Notes: generated by a model not told the origin, from the sequence alone. A stretch of 64,000 nucleotides of DNA from an uncultured Bacteroidota bacterium (GCA_903910445.1 CAIVZR010000014.1:48432-112431); one strand, 5' to 3'. Shown: positions 34,359 through 46,598, counted from the first letter of the stretch. Numbers and translations are program-made.

Positions 34359-34895
34359 ATGATCTTAAGCGATAAGAAAATTCTAGAAGAAATTGATAAA
34401 GGAACAATTCTAATTGAACCCTTTCGTCCGAATTGCCTTGGCACCAATAGTTATGATGTGCATTTAGGAAAATATTTGGCAGTATATACCAGCCGAGTAC
34501 TTGATGCGAAGGCTCACAATAAAATTGAGGAAATCATCATTCCTGAGGAAGGAATCATTTTACATCCTGGAACTTTATATCTTGGGGTCACCGAAGAATA
34601 TACCGAAACGCACCGTCACATTCCTTTTCTAGAAGGAAAATCGTCGACTGGCCGATTGGGCATTGATATTCATGCCACCGCTGGTAAAGGCGATGTGGGG
34701 TTTTGCAATACCTGGACACTTGAAATTTCGGTGAGTATGCCAGTACGCGTATATGCCGGAATGCCAATTGGGCAGCTCATATATTTTGTTGTTGATGGTG
34801 AGGTAAATGTGCTTTATAACAAAAAACGTGATGCCAAATACAGCAAAAGAAGCATCAAGCCTGTAGAAAGCATGATGTGGAAGAATAAATTCTAG
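34359..34895 (+). CDS. dcd: dCTP deaminase
   Basis: MILSDKKILEEIDKGTILIEPF..., and HPGTLYLGVTEEY-like motifs. The ORF-track N-extension from 34236 was rejected; the ATG is at 34359. Confidence 0.85.
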   Translation: MILSDKKILEEIDKGTILIEPFRPNCLGTNSYDVHLGKYLAVYTSRVLDAKAHNKIEEIIIPEEGIILHPGTLYLGVTEEYTETHRHIPFLEGKSSTGRLGIDIHATAGKGDVGFCNTWTLEISVSMPVRVYAGMPIGQLIYFVVDGEVNVLYNKKRDAKYSKRSIKPVESMMWKNKF

Positions 34896-34992
34896 GATTC
34901 CATACTTTGCCCCTGTTCATATACCTTTCCCGAGGTTAAATACCTTTTTTTTAAACTGTTTCTTTGTCCTTTTTAGGCTCGATTTTGTCAAA

Positions 34993-35016
34993 TAAGGAGG
35001 TTTGCCTCCTTTTTAA
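34993..35016 (+). terminator. Candidate rho-independent terminator after dcd
   Basis: aaAGGAGGtttgCCTCCTtttt: a 6-bp stem followed by a T4 tract. Confidence 0.35.
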
Positions 35017-35092
35017 AAGAGGGATATGAAAAAAACTCTTTTCCACATCTCAAAAAAATCCGAAATCAGTTTTTTTCTTACCTAAAAAAAAT

Positions 35093-35100
35093 TACCTTTG
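35093..35100 (+). promoter_or_regulatory. Bacteroidota-type -7 promoter box (TAnnTTTG) upstream of atpD
   Basis: TACCTTTG lies 38 nt before the atpD ATG. The -33 region is T-rich but has no exact TTTG. Confidence 0.3.
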
Positions 35101-35123
35101 CACACCCAAAAATCAAGATTTAG

Positions 35124-36644
<1,521 letters not shown>

Positions 36645-36671
36645 TCACTTACGATTTAAAAGCACATAATC

Positions 36672-36902
36672 ATGCAACTAGAAATTATAACTCCTGATAA
36701 GAAATTATTTGAAGGAGAAGCAACAGGAGTATCATTACCGGGTACCGATGGTTCATTTAAAATATTAAATCATCACGCTCCCATGGTGGCCTCTTTAAAG
36801 CAAGGTATAGTTAAGGTAGATACTGCTGCCGGTACCGAGCAATTCACCATCAAAGGAGGAATTGTAGAGTGTGGCGATAACAAAGTAGTAGTGTTGGCTT
36901 AA
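36672..36902 (+). CDS. atpC: F0F1 ATP synthase subunit epsilon (short form, beta-sandwich domain only)
   Basis: MQLEIITPDKKLFEGEATGVSLPGTDGSFKILNHHAPMVASL.. It lies immediately downstream of atpD. Confidence 0.85.
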   Translation: MQLEIITPDKKLFEGEATGVSLPGTDGSFKILNHHAPMVASLKQGIVKVDTAAGTEQFTIKGGIVECGDNKVVVLA

Positions 36903-36930
36903 TTATTTAATAGTTTAGACAACTAAAACA

Positions 36931-36962
36931 AAACCGGCTCAGTTTTACTGAGTCGGTTTTTT
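36931..36962 (+). terminator. Rho-independent terminator of atpDC
   Basis: aaaCCGGCTCAGttttaCTGAGTCGGtttttt: a 9-bp stem with one mismatch, followed by a T6 tract. Confidence 0.6.
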
Positions 36963-37296
36963 AATGACCAAATAATCCCAAGACGAAGTAAATTATCGGT
37001 TCCTCTATTAATTTTTGAAGTATTAAAAATTAATTTAGATTTGCCATGTTGAACTTCTAAATAAATCTTTGAAATAAAGGTTTAATGATATTCAGCCAAA
37101 AATTAATGTTATCTGTTCCGGAGTGGTATTTTATACTGCCTTGGATTTATTGTATTTAGAACCCATTTTAAAACCAATTAGCTAAGATCTATTACCATGA
37201 AATCATTCATTAAAAACCCCTTGTTCTTATTTTTGCATCCTGCTCTTGTTAGATGAATTTCAATCATTCATTTAGATTAACCAAAACAAAAATATA

Positions 37297-38094
37297 ATGA
37301 AGATTGCTCCACTTCTACCTGCCGATTTATCAGCCGTTAAATCATTACAGCCACCCGATTGGAATAATATTCTTCCAATGCATGAGTTCTATCTCAATTC
37401 GGATTTTTGCAAGACGTTTAAATGTGTGGAAAATGATCAAGTGATTGCAATTGGTACTGCAATTTTACACCTTGAAGTTGCATGGATTGCACATATTATA
37501 GTTAACCCTGAACACCGAAACAAAGGAATTGGATTAATTCTTACCGACTATTTGGTAAAGCATATTCAAAGCTACCAACTCCAAACTATTTACCTACTTG
37601 CAACATCCTTAGGCGAGCCAGTGTATAAGAAATTAGGATTCACTAAAGAAGGTTATTATACCTTTTATCGAGAAGGAATAAAACCAACAAAACCATCTCT
37701 TAATAGCATCCATGGCTATCATTCATCATACTTATCCGATATTTTGGAATTGGATTACCTTGCTTATGGAGAGCCCCGCGAGATAAGACTCGAACCCTTT
37801 TTAGACAATGCCTTACTATATATTGAAAATAAAAAATTAACAGGATTCTATGCCCCTGATTTTGGTGAAGGACTAATAATTAGCAAGTCAAAAGAAGCTG
37901 GAATAACGTTACAATCCTTAAGATTGCAAACACAACAAGTAGCAGTAGTTCCGAACGATAATATTGCGATGAATGAGTTCTTGATTCACCATCAATACGA
38001 AGTATTTAGAAGCGCTACACGCATGCGACTTGGAATTGAAAGGCCTTTAAATTTAGGGTTAATTTATCAGCGGGTGAGCGGGCAAATTGGTTAA
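37297..38094 (+). CDS. GNAT-family N-acetyltransferase with about 120-aa C-terminal extension
   Basis: Acetyl-CoA-binding motif ...IIVNPEHRNKGIGLILTDYLVKHIQ. Confidence 0.7.
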   Translation: MKIAPLLPADLSAVKSLQPPDWNNILPMHEFYLNSDFCKTFKCVENDQVIAIGTAILHLEVAWIAHIIVNPEHRNKGIGLILTDYLVKHIQSYQLQTIYLLATSLGEPVYKKLGFTKEGYYTFYREGIKPTKPSLNSIHGYHSSYLSDILELDYLAYGEPREIRLEPFLDNALLYIENKKLTGFYAPDFGEGLIISKSKEAGITLQSLRLQTQQVAVVPNDNIAMNEFLIHHQYEVFRSATRMRLGIERPLNLGLIYQRVSGQIG

Positions 38095-38552
38095 TCCTTA
38101 CTTTCCGCTTTAATTTCTTCTGCTTCAATATCACCCTTTTGTAAGATATCCCAAGTATGATCGCCCAATAATTTCACCGTAGCTACAAAGTGCTTGAATG
38201 GAAACGACTGCCCCCATTCTTCGGGTGAAACCAAAGATAAAATAACTTCTCCATCATGGCGTTTATAGAGATGATAGGTCATCATCATCGATGGTGAAAA
38301 CCGCATCGTTGCTTCATAAATTTGCTGTGAAATAAGTACCCTATCTTCTAATTCACGTGCTTGCTCCATAATCAATGCAGCCTGACGCTTCAATAAATCA
38401 ATCTGTTGTTGCGCCTTCAAATGCATGGCCTCAACGGCTTGTGCTTTAATGAGCTTGCGGTCTTCAGGCTTGATAGATGGTGAGGATACACTAAGTGGAA
38501 TTGGTGCAAACGCGGCGAGTCCAGTATAGCTCTCTTCTATTTTATCTTCCAT
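38091..38552 (-). CDS. Conserved hypothetical protein (coiled-coil N-terminal half)
   Basis: 153-aa ORF. Its stop codon overlaps the GNAT stop in a TTAA palindrome (38091-38094). Confidence 0.45.
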   Translation of the reverse strand: MEDKIEESYTGLAAFAPIPLSVSSPSIKPEDRKLIKAQAVEAMHLKAQQQIDLLKRQAALIMEQARELEDRVLISQQIYEATMRFSPSMMMTYHLYKRHDGEVILSLVSPEEWGQSFPFKHFVATVKLLGDHTWDILQKGDIEAEEIKAESKD

Positions 38553-38611
38553 ATTCAGGCTGCAAAATTAATACATTTACCTATACTAATTAGAATAGAA
38601 AAGGCACTAAT

Positions 38612-40720
38612 TTACTTCAACTTAAATATTGCTGCACCGAGCGGAGGGATTGTAATTTCTATCGACTGAGCACGGCCATGATGCACCACTGCTTTCGTCT
38701 TTACACTATTGTTTAAATTATCAACTCCCCAATATTTCATACTATCGCTATTGAAAATTTCTTGGTAAGTTCCAGCTTTGGGAACGCCAATAGCGTAATT
38801 GGTTCGAATTGCCGGGGTAAAATTCAACGCAACAATCAAGGTGTCCTTGGCTTTTTTCCCCTTTCGAGCATAGATTAAAACACAATTCTCTATATCATCT
38901 CCAGCAATCCATTCAAAGCCCTCGTGGTTAAATGAATTCTCATACATTGCTGGCTCATTTCGATATATTGCATTTAAATCAGTAATCAATTTTTGAACAC
39001 CCAAATGTGGTTCAAATTGCAATAAATGCCACGACAAACTACTTTCAAAATTCCACTCATTGGATTGAGCGAATTCATTTCCCATAAACAATAATTTTGT
39101 TCCTGGATGCGTCCACATATAGGTATATAATAATCTCAAATTTGCAAATCGCTGCCACTCGTCACCTGGCATTTTTCCAATCATAGAAGATTTCCCGTGA
39201 ACCACTTCATCATGGCTTAATGGCAACATGAAGTTCTCACTAAAAGCATATACCATACTAAATGTAAGGTCGCTCTGGTGCCATTTACGATACATCGGAT
39301 CGCGTTTGAAATATTGAAGTGTATCATTCATCCACCCCATCATCCATTTCATTCCGAAGCCTAAACCACCATCATAGGTTGGTTTCGACACCCCTGGCCA
39401 AGATGTACTTTCCTCAGCTATCATTTGAATATCGGGATACGCGCTATAGATTTCTTCATTCAATTCCTTTAAGAATGCTTCATTTTCGAGGTTTTCTCTA
39501 CCACCTAAAATATTAGGCTCCCATTCCCCTTCTTTGCGGCTATAATCGAGGTGCAACATGCTTGCAACAGCGTCTACTCGCAATCCATCAATATGAAATT
39601 TATCCATCCAGTAAAGCGCATTGCTAATTAAAAAACACTTCACTTCATTTCTGCCAGAATTGAAAATATAACTCTTCCAATCGGGATGATATCCCTTTCT
39701 TGGATCATCATGCTCGTATAAATGCGACCCATCAAATCGAAATAAGCCATGTTCGTCGTAAGGAAAATGAGACGGCACCCAATCGAGAATAATACCAATA
39801 TTATGTTGATGCAAGGCATCAACCAAATGCATGAAATCCTGCGGTGTTCCAAATCGAGAAGTGGGTGCATAATAGCCCGTTTGCTGATACCCCCAACTTC
39901 CATCAAAAGGATGCTCCATTATGGGCATCAATTCAATATGTGTGAATCCTAATGAATCGCAATAAGCAGGGAGTAATTCGGCCAATTCCAGGTAAGTTAG
40001 CATCGTATCAGGCGCCTCTGGATTCCTTTTCCAACTACCTAAATGCACTTCATACACACTCATTGGTTTATTCAATGCATTATTATTCTTGCGTTTCTTC
40101 ATCCATGATTTGTCGTTCCATGAATAATTTAAATCCCAAACAATAGAAGCTGTTTTAGGCCTAAGCTCCCAATGATAAGCATACGGGTCGCCTTTCTCTA
40201 ACCGCGCCCCTTGATAACTTTCAATAAAATATTTATAAACTTCACCCTTATGTATGCCAGGAATAAAACCTTCCATAATTCCACTTCCATCCCATCGTCC
40301 AAAGAGAAGGTGACTGGTGCGATTCCATCCATTAAAATTTCCAATGACTCCAATTTGCATGGCATTGGGCGCCCATACCGCAAAGTAAACTCCATGCATT
40401 CCTTCGTGCTGCACCTGATGGGCTCCAAGCTTCTCATAAATTCTGAAGTGTTTGCCTTCCTTAAAAAGTGTAATATCCTCTGCTGTAAAAAGGGAATATG
40501 GTATAACTGATTGCTGAGTCATGAGTTCACTATTCGATACGATTTCTACCTCTTTGTTTTCTATCTTTTGTTTCAACATGCTCTTAATCGCTGTTGCCGA
40601 AGGTTTTTGGGTTTTGGGTTTCAATACTTGAATAGGCACTCCTAAACCATTTGATAACTTACCTTCTTTCTTTTTAACGACTTTAGGTTTTGCTTCTTGT
40701 TCAGATACTTTCTTTGCCAT
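38612..40720 (-). CDS. glgB: 1,4-alpha-glucan branching enzyme (GH13)
   Basis: GH13 regions: ...GIILDWVPSHF, GLRVDAVASM, EESTSWPGV, and HDEVVHGK. Confidence 0.9.
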   Translation of the reverse strand: MAKKVSEQEAKPKVVKKKEGKLSNGLGVPIQVLKPKTQKPSATAIKSMLKQKIENKEVEIVSNSELMTQQSVIPYSLFTAEDITLFKEGKHFRIYEKLGAHQVQHEGMHGVYFAVWAPNAMQIGVIGNFNGWNRTSHLLFGRWDGSGIMEGFIPGIHKGEVYKYFIESYQGARLEKGDPYAYHWELRPKTASIVWDLNYSWNDKSWMKKRKNNNALNKPMSVYEVHLGSWKRNPEAPDTMLTYLELAELLPAYCDSLGFTHIELMPIMEHPFDGSWGYQQTGYYAPTSRFGTPQDFMHLVDALHQHNIGIILDWVPSHFPYDEHGLFRFDGSHLYEHDDPRKGYHPDWKSYIFNSGRNEVKCFLISNALYWMDKFHIDGLRVDAVASMLHLDYSRKEGEWEPNILGGRENLENEAFLKELNEEIYSAYPDIQMIAEESTSWPGVSKPTYDGGLGFGMKWMMGWMNDTLQYFKRDPMYRKWHQSDLTFSMVYAFSENFMLPLSHDEVVHGKSSMIGKMPGDEWQRFANLRLLYTYMWTHPGTKLLFMGNEFAQSNEWNFESSLSWHLLQFEPHLGVQKLITDLNAIYRNEPAMYENSFNHEGFEWIAGDDIENCVLIYARKGKKAKDTLIVALNFTPAIRTNYAIGVPKAGTYQEIFNSDSMKYWGVDNLNNSVKTKAVVHHGRAQSIEITIPPLGAAIFKLK

Positions 40721-40859
40721 ACCATTTATATTGATTCTCGCAAAAATAGGAGTTTAATATTACCCTGAATGGTTTTAGAAATGTTATTTTCTTAAATATT
40801 GGGGTACTTCCATTCACAAAGAAATGCTTAAATTTGCTTTTCTAAATTTTATTTCAATT

Positions 40860-41273
40860 ATGTATCCCGAAATGTTAGCAGCACCTATGCGCGAAGAATT
40901 AACTAGCGTAGGTTTTACTCAATTACTCAATGCCGATGAAGTAACATCGGTTTTAAATAAAAAACAAGGTACCCAACTACTCGTTATCAATTCTGTATGT
41001 GGCTGTGCTGCTGGTTCAGCTCGCCCTGGCATTCGAAAATCACTTGAAAATGGCAAAAAACCATCTGAGTTAATTACAGTGTTTGCAGGTATGGAAGCAG
41101 AAGCAGTAACTAAAGCACGTGAGTTTTTATTGCCATATCCTCCTTCATCACCAGCAATTGCTTTATTTAAAGATGGTGAGCTAGTTCATATGATCGAACG
41201 TCATAATATCGAAGGCCGCAGTGCTCAAATGATTGCCGACAATTTACAAGCGGCGTACAATGAATATTGCTAA
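40860..41273 (+). CDS. Bacilliredoxin (BrxA/BrxB, YphP/YqiW family)
   Basis: CGC active-site motif (LLVINSVCGCAAGSARPG). The start is at the internal Met (MYPEMLAAPMREELTSVGF). Confidence 0.7.
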   Translation: MYPEMLAAPMREELTSVGFTQLLNADEVTSVLNKKQGTQLLVINSVCGCAAGSARPGIRKSLENGKKPSELITVFAGMEAEAVTKAREFLLPYPPSSPAIALFKDGELVHMIERHNIEGRSAQMIADNLQAAYNEYC

Positions 41274-41300
41274 TCACCTTATTTCCCAACTTTAATAAAA

Positions 41301-41332
41301 AGCCTGTATCTTCTTTGGATACAGGCTTTTTA
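41301..41332 (+). terminator. Rho-independent terminator after the bacilliredoxin gene
   Basis: aaaAGCCTGTATCttctttgGATACAGGCTttttt: a perfect 10-bp stem. Confidence 0.6.
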
Positions 41333-41376
41333 ATGTATTTGAGATATTTTTTTTGTATTTTTGTAATTCATCCTAC

Positions 41377-44187
41377 ATGAGCCAAATTCCAATGAGAGTA
41401 ATAATTTCAGCAATTTTTATTATCCTATTTGCCGCTTCGATTCAAGCACAAATTGTGACCACTTCACCGGCATTCCCTACCGAAACCGATTCGGTGACAA
41501 TTACATTCGATGCAAGTAAAGGGGCTGGCGGACTTAATAACTGCAATTGTGATGTATACCTTCATACAGGAGTTATTACTTCTCTAAGTACTGGCAACAG
41601 CGACTGGAAACATGTTTTTACTACCTGGGGAGTTGCTAACCCTGCTTGGAAGCTGACTGCTCTAGGGAATAATCTATTCACCTACAAATTCGCGCCTAGC
41701 CTTCGTTCAGCATATAGTGTCATTGGAAGTGAAACCATTCAAAAAATAGCATTGGTATTCAGAAATGGTGATGGAAGTAAAGAAGGGAAAGACAATGGGA
41801 ATACAGATATTTTCGTTAATGTGTATCCTGCGAATACCTTTAATGTCTCATTTAACTCTCCATCAAAGGGTGCTATAAAGAATGTGAATGATACGGTAGT
41901 TATTAATGCAGCTTCTTCCAGAAGATCAGCTTTAGCTTTGTATGAAAATGGCACCCTGGTTTCGAGTTTACCTAACGATTCGGTTATAACCTTCAAAACA
42001 GTAAGCGTTGCTCCTGGAAATCAGAAATATGTTATTAGTGCAACCTATAATGGCAACACAAAATATGATACTTTAAATTATACAATTTATGGAGGAACAC
42101 CAATCGCAACACTACCTTCGGGAGTTCGCCCAGGAATCAATTATACAGGTGCCTCATCGGTTACACTATGTTTAACTGCACCTTTTAAAAACTATATTTA
42201 TGTTATCGGCGATTTCACACAATGGAATCCCGATGCCGCTACCTTAATGAATAAAACCCCCGATGGTAAGTATTTTTGGGTAACTATTAATGGGTTGCAA
42301 AACAATACGGAATACGCATATCAGTATTTAATTGATGGGAATTTGAAAGTTGCCGATCCGTTATGTGATAAAATTTCTGACCCTTGGAACGATGGATATA
42401 TTCCGGCTTCAATCTATCCCAATCTCAAACCTTACCCTGCTGGAAAGACTTCAGGAATTGCTTCTGTATTTCAACTAGGCCAAACGCCATTTAATTGGCA
42501 ATACTCAAGTAGCTTTCAAAAACCCGCTAAAGAAAATTTAAATATCTATGAATTACTCATTCGCGATTTTCATAGTGGTCATAGCTATAAAAGTGTAATG
42601 GATTCATTAGAATATTTAAAACGCATGGGCATCAACGCCATTGAATTAATGCCTTTCAGTGAGTTTGAAGGCAATGAAAGTTGGGGGTATAATGTTGATT
42701 TTCATATGGCCATTGACAAAGCCTATGGCCCTAAATACGACTTGAAGCAACTCATCGATAAATGCCATCAACAAGGAATAGCGGTAATCATGGATATGGT
42801 ATTAAACCATGCATTTGGATTAAATCCAATGGTACAAATGTATTTCAACACATCGGCGAATACAGTATCCACACAAAACCCTTGGTTCAATACTGCGGCT
42901 ACGCACCCATTTAGCGTTGGCTACGATTTTAATCATGAGAGTGTTTATACGCGCGATTATGTTGACACCGTTTTATCTTATTGGTTGCAAGAATATCATT
43001 TAGATGGCTTCCGATTTGACTTATCAAAAGGCTTCACTCAAAAAAATACAGGAACCGATGTTAATACTTGGGGGCAATATGATGCAAGTCGTATCAATAA
43101 TTTACAACGTTTGTATGATAAGGTTAAAACCTATTCCCCTGCTGCATATATGATTCTAGAACATTTTGCAGATAATGCCGAAGACAAAGAATTGGCTAGT
43201 CGTGGATTTTTACTTTGGGGCAATTTAAACTATGCATACAACCAAAGCAGCATGGGCTATTCAAGCGGATCTGATTTGAGTTGGGGTAGCTCCAAAGCGA
43301 GAAGTTTTACCGATAATAATTTGGTGGTTTATATTGAAAGTCATGATGAAGAAAGATTAATGTATAAAAATATTCAATATGGTAATTCGAACACCGATTA
43401 TAATGTAAAGGCGTTATCTACTAGTTTAAAAAGGCAAGCAGCAGTGGCTGCAATCTTCTATTCGCAACCTGGCCCTAAAATGATATGGCAGTTTGGAGAA
43501 CTTGGATATGACTTTAGCATTAATCGTTGTGTAGATGGTACGGTGAATAATAATTGCAGATTGGATTCAAAACCCATTCGCTGGAATTATCTCCTAGAAC
43601 CCGATAGATACCGACTCTATCAGGTGTTTGGCGCAATGCAATTGTTACATAACAATACTGAATTCATTACAAATAACTACGAGTGGTATACCAATGGAGT
43701 GGTAAAAAATGCCAAAGTAAATGGGACCAATTTAAAAGTAAATACCATTGTAAATTTCGACATTGCGCCTCAAATAGGAACTCCTAATTTTCAGAATACT
43801 GGTTGGTGGTATGATTATTTAAGTGGAGATAGCATACAAGTTACTAATACGGCAATGACGTTCAATTTGCAGCCTGGAGAGTATCATGTATATACCTCAA
43901 AGAAAGTAACACTCCCATCATGGATTACCACGAAAGTTGGACCCAGCGGTATTGAGCAAGGTAATAACATGGATGAATTGCAACTATATCCGAATCCCGC
44001 AAAAAACGAAATCACTATTTCAATTTCGAGTGATGTTACCAAATATCAAGTTGTGGATGTATTAGGCCAAATTCTTTTGAAAGGCAATTCGCATAACCAT
44101 AAAACAACACTTGATATTAGCACACTTTCTCCAGGAGTTTATTTTGTAGTTGTTGGTGTCAGTCAATTGAAATTTATTAAGAACTAA
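41377..44187 (+). CDS. T9SS-secreted alpha-amylase-family (GH13) enzyme with N-terminal Ig/CBM-like domains and C-terminal Por sorting domain
   Basis: Signal peptide MRVIISAIFIILFAASIQAQ. GH13 regions: GINAIELMPF, VIMDMVLNHA, GFRFDLSKG, and YIESHDE. The CTD ends ...LQLYPNPAKNEITISISS...LSPGVYFVVVGVSQLKFIKN. The ORF-track start at 41353 is TTG. Confidence 0.8.
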   Translation: MSQIPMRVIISAIFIILFAASIQAQIVTTSPAFPTETDSVTITFDASKGAGGLNNCNCDVYLHTGVITSLSTGNSDWKHVFTTWGVANPAWKLTALGNNLFTYKFAPSLRSAYSVIGSETIQKIALVFRNGDGSKEGKDNGNTDIFVNVYPANTFNVSFNSPSKGAIKNVNDTVVINAASSRRSALALYENGTLVSSLPNDSVITFKTVSVAPGNQKYVISATYNGNTKYDTLNYTIYGGTPIATLPSGVRPGINYTGASSVTLCLTAPFKNYIYVIGDFTQWNPDAATLMNKTPDGKYFWVTINGLQNNTEYAYQYLIDGNLKVADPLCDKISDPWNDGYIPASIYPNLKPYPAGKTSGIASVFQLGQTPFNWQYSSSFQKPAKENLNIYELLIRDFHSGHSYKSVMDSLEYLKRMGINAIELMPFSEFEGNESWGYNVDFHMAIDKAYGPKYDLKQLIDKCHQQGIAVIMDMVLNHAFGLNPMVQMYFNTSANTVSTQNPWFNTAATHPFSVGYDFNHESVYTRDYVDTVLSYWLQEYHLDGFRFDLSKGFTQKNTGTDVNTWGQYDASRINNLQRLYDKVKTYSPAAYMILEHFADNAEDKELASRGFLLWGNLNYAYNQSSMGYSSGSDLSWGSSKARSFTDNNLVVYIESHDEERLMYKNIQYGNSNTDYNVKALSTSLKRQAAVAAIFYSQPGPKMIWQFGELGYDFSINRCVDGTVNNNCRLDSKPIRWNYLLEPDRYRLYQVFGAMQLLHNNTEFITNNYEWYTNGVVKNAKVNGTNLKVNTIVNFDIAPQIGTPNFQNTGWWYDYLSGDSIQVTNTAMTFNLQPGEYHVYTSKKVTLPSWITTKVGPSGIEQGNNMDELQLYPNPAKNEITISISSDVTKYQVVDVLGQILLKGNSHNHKTTLDISTLSPGVYFVVVGVSQLKFIKN

Positions 44188-44253
44188 TAATCTTTAATTC
44201 GTCTGTATCTTTTTTTAACTTTCTTCATTATGCATCTATAAACGGTATGCATC

Positions 44254-45267
44254 ATGAATAAATCATTACTCTTTCTATTTCTGTTCGGGTTTATACAAAA
44301 TAGTATTGCCCAACAAGATGGGTATCAAACACATTTTCAATTTAACGAAATATCATTCAACCCTTCGTATGCTGGAAAGACTCCTAATGCCATTTGTGTA
44401 AGTTCCTTGTTTCATCAACAATATTTAGGATTCGAATCGGATGAAGTTCGTGATGCTAGACAGGACGCTATAATTAAACCCTATAATATTGCACCCCAAA
44501 CCCAATTCTATACGGTGTCGGCGAGGCTCCAAAACAATTTAGGTATGGCAATTCAATTGATGAATGATCGGATTGGTCCGCAATCAATAACGCTTCCCAA
44601 AGTTCAGATGGCCTATTATTTTAATTGGTCAACCTCACATTTAGCTATTGGATTTTATGCAGGCGCATTGCAGAAAAGTTTAGATGGTTCGAAATTAATT
44701 CCATTATCCATGATGCAAGCTCCTTATCAACCCGACCCATTAGTGCCTGCTAATTTGGTGACGGACACAAAACTCGATTTTGGCATCGGAATTCATTACC
44801 AAAAGGCTACCTTTTATAATTTAAAATTAGGAGCATCTTTAAATCATTTAAGAAATCAGAAATATCACTTTACAAACTACCAATCACAACTTATTGTTTT
44901 CTCAAGCACGCTTCCTCACCTGTATTTCAATGGTTCCATGGAGTTCCCATTACAAAACAAGCTAATTATTCAACCCAATATTTTAATTAAATATGGCGGA
45001 AAATGGCAATATGATCTGAATGTGCTAGCAATTTATAACCAATCTTATTATACCGGATTTTCCTATCGGCAAGGCGACAATTTAAATTGGATGTTGGGTT
45101 ATATGATTGGAAGTTTTAAGGCTGGCTATGCTTTTGATTGGGTATTAAGCCAGCTTCGACCAGGAAGTAAAACAACCCACGAAATATTTATTCAATATTG
45201 CTTTATGATTACCAAACGAACCTCCTATTTAATTAATCCTCGTCACTTGAAGGATTACTCATTCTAA
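44254..45267 (+). CDS. T9SS membrane protein PorP/SprF family (copy 1)
   Basis: Signal peptide, then the hallmark N-terminus QQDGYQTHFQFNEISFNPSYAGK (compare qqdpqfsqymfn...NPAyAG). The length is that of an OM beta-barrel. The C-terminus reads ...SKTTHEIFIQYCF...LINPRHLKDYSF. Confidence 0.8.
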   Translation: MNKSLLFLFLFGFIQNSIAQQDGYQTHFQFNEISFNPSYAGKTPNAICVSSLFHQQYLGFESDEVRDARQDAIIKPYNIAPQTQFYTVSARLQNNLGMAIQLMNDRIGPQSITLPKVQMAYYFNWSTSHLAIGFYAGALQKSLDGSKLIPLSMMQAPYQPDPLVPANLVTDTKLDFGIGIHYQKATFYNLKLGASLNHLRNQKYHFTNYQSQLIVFSSTLPHLYFNGSMEFPLQNKLIIQPNILIKYGGKWQYDLNVLAIYNQSYYTGFSYRQGDNLNWMLGYMIGSFKAGYAFDWVLSQLRPGSKTTHEIFIQYCFMITKRTSYLINPRHLKDYSF

Positions 45268-45355
45268 ATCGCCCATAACTAATTGTAATATTTTTTTGTT
45301 ATATTTGAATTAATCTACATATTTGCATACTTACACCTTTAATCGAAAAGGAGAC

Positions 45356-46381
45356 ATGATTAAAAAAATTACCCTATTATTCCTCGTTGCTGTTTCATTT
45401 AGTGCTTGGTCACAACAAGATGGTTATCAAACACATTTTCAATTCAATGAAATGTCATTCAACCCATCTTATGCAGGAAAAGTAAAAGACAAAATGTGCG
45501 TGAGCCTTTTGATGCATCAGCAATATGCCGGTTTCAAAAGTGAATTAATCAAGGCAGCCGATGGAACCCCTGCGGTAGAGCCTTATAATATTGGTGCTTC
45601 AACTCAATTTTTGAATCTTTCGGCCCGTTTGTTTGGAAAGTTTGGAATCGCAGTGAATGTAATTAATGATAAGATTGGCCCACAAACCTATATTTTGCCA
45701 AAGCTAAGCTTGTCGTATTACAATGTATTTAAAAATACAAGCGAAATTTCTGTAGGTTTATACTATGGGAAAATGCAAAAAACCTTGGATGGCACCAAAC
45801 TTAAGGCCCTATCATTATTACAAAACAATATTGCCGATCCGGCAGTACCATCAACATTGGTTACTAGTAATATGATGAATGACTTAGGATTTGGAATTCA
45901 TTACCTAAATCCAATCATGAACAATTTGAATATTGGAGTTTCTGCTACTCACTTATTAGAATCTAATATCGTTGATAAATCTAAATCACTTTTAACTCCT
46001 TTCTCTTCTATAAAAAGACATTTCTATGCTAATGCTGCAATGGATTTCCCTGTTGGAGCTGGAGATTTAGTTATACAGCCTAACTTATTAGTTAAGTATG
46101 GTGGTAAACTTCAAATAGATTTAAATGCACTTGCAATCTTCAATGAGCAATATTATGGTGGCTTGTCTTATCGTCAAGGCGACAATATTAACTTGATGGT
46201 TGGATTTATGCAAGGCGACTTTAAAGTTGGATATGCATTCGACTTTATTGTAAATGGGTTGAAACCAGGTAGCAAAACTACCCATGAAATATTTGTTCAG
46301 TATTGTAAGGGCATTAAATTCAAGACCAAGGTAAATAAATATATGTTGAACCCTCGCCACTTGAAGGATTCTCAATATTAA
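45356..46381 (+). CDS. T9SS membrane protein PorP/SprF family (copy 2, tandem paralog)
   Basis: QQDGYQTHFQFNEMSFNPSYAGK... and C-terminal SKTTHEIFVQYC...MLNPRHLKDSQY. These parallel copy 1 but are diverged elsewhere. Confidence 0.8.
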   Translation: MIKKITLLFLVAVSFSAWSQQDGYQTHFQFNEMSFNPSYAGKVKDKMCVSLLMHQQYAGFKSELIKAADGTPAVEPYNIGASTQFLNLSARLFGKFGIAVNVINDKIGPQTYILPKLSLSYYNVFKNTSEISVGLYYGKMQKTLDGTKLKALSLLQNNIADPAVPSTLVTSNMMNDLGFGIHYLNPIMNNLNIGVSATHLLESNIVDKSKSLLTPFSSIKRHFYANAAMDFPVGAGDLVIQPNLLVKYGGKLQIDLNALAIFNEQYYGGLSYRQGDNINLMVGFMQGDFKVGYAFDFIVNGLKPGSKTTHEIFVQYCKGIKFKTKVNKYMLNPRHLKDSQY

Positions 46382-46590
46382 TTTTTTAACAAGCTGTCAC
46401 AATAAATTTACAATTGCAGCGTTATTGATATAATTCGACAAAAAAACACTATACTTGTCAAACAATAAAAACGAAAAATTTACGTTATTGATAAAAAGAC
46501 ACCGGAAATTGAAAAAAACAAAAACTATTGAGGGGAGGATTGAATTATAAAGTTTTTTAATACGAAACTTGTTTAATTCAGTAAAATTTT

Positions 46591-46598
46591 TAAATTTG
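46591..46598 (+). promoter_or_regulatory. Bacteroidota-type -7 box (TAAATTTG) upstream of gldK
   Basis: The box is 21 nt before the gldK ATG (46620), with cTTGttta about 20 nt further upstream. It lies in a 238-bp AT-rich intergenic region. Confidence 0.3.

Noticed and set aside
41353-41376. ORF-track start positions at TTG/GTG far upstream of signal peptides (for example 41353, 24020, 34236, 57295, 46569, 40824, 31224)
   Set aside because: Downstream ATGs give canonical signal peptides or N-termini that match family consensus, as in dcd, pyrD, GldK and the bacilliredoxin. The extended N-termini were therefore trimmed.
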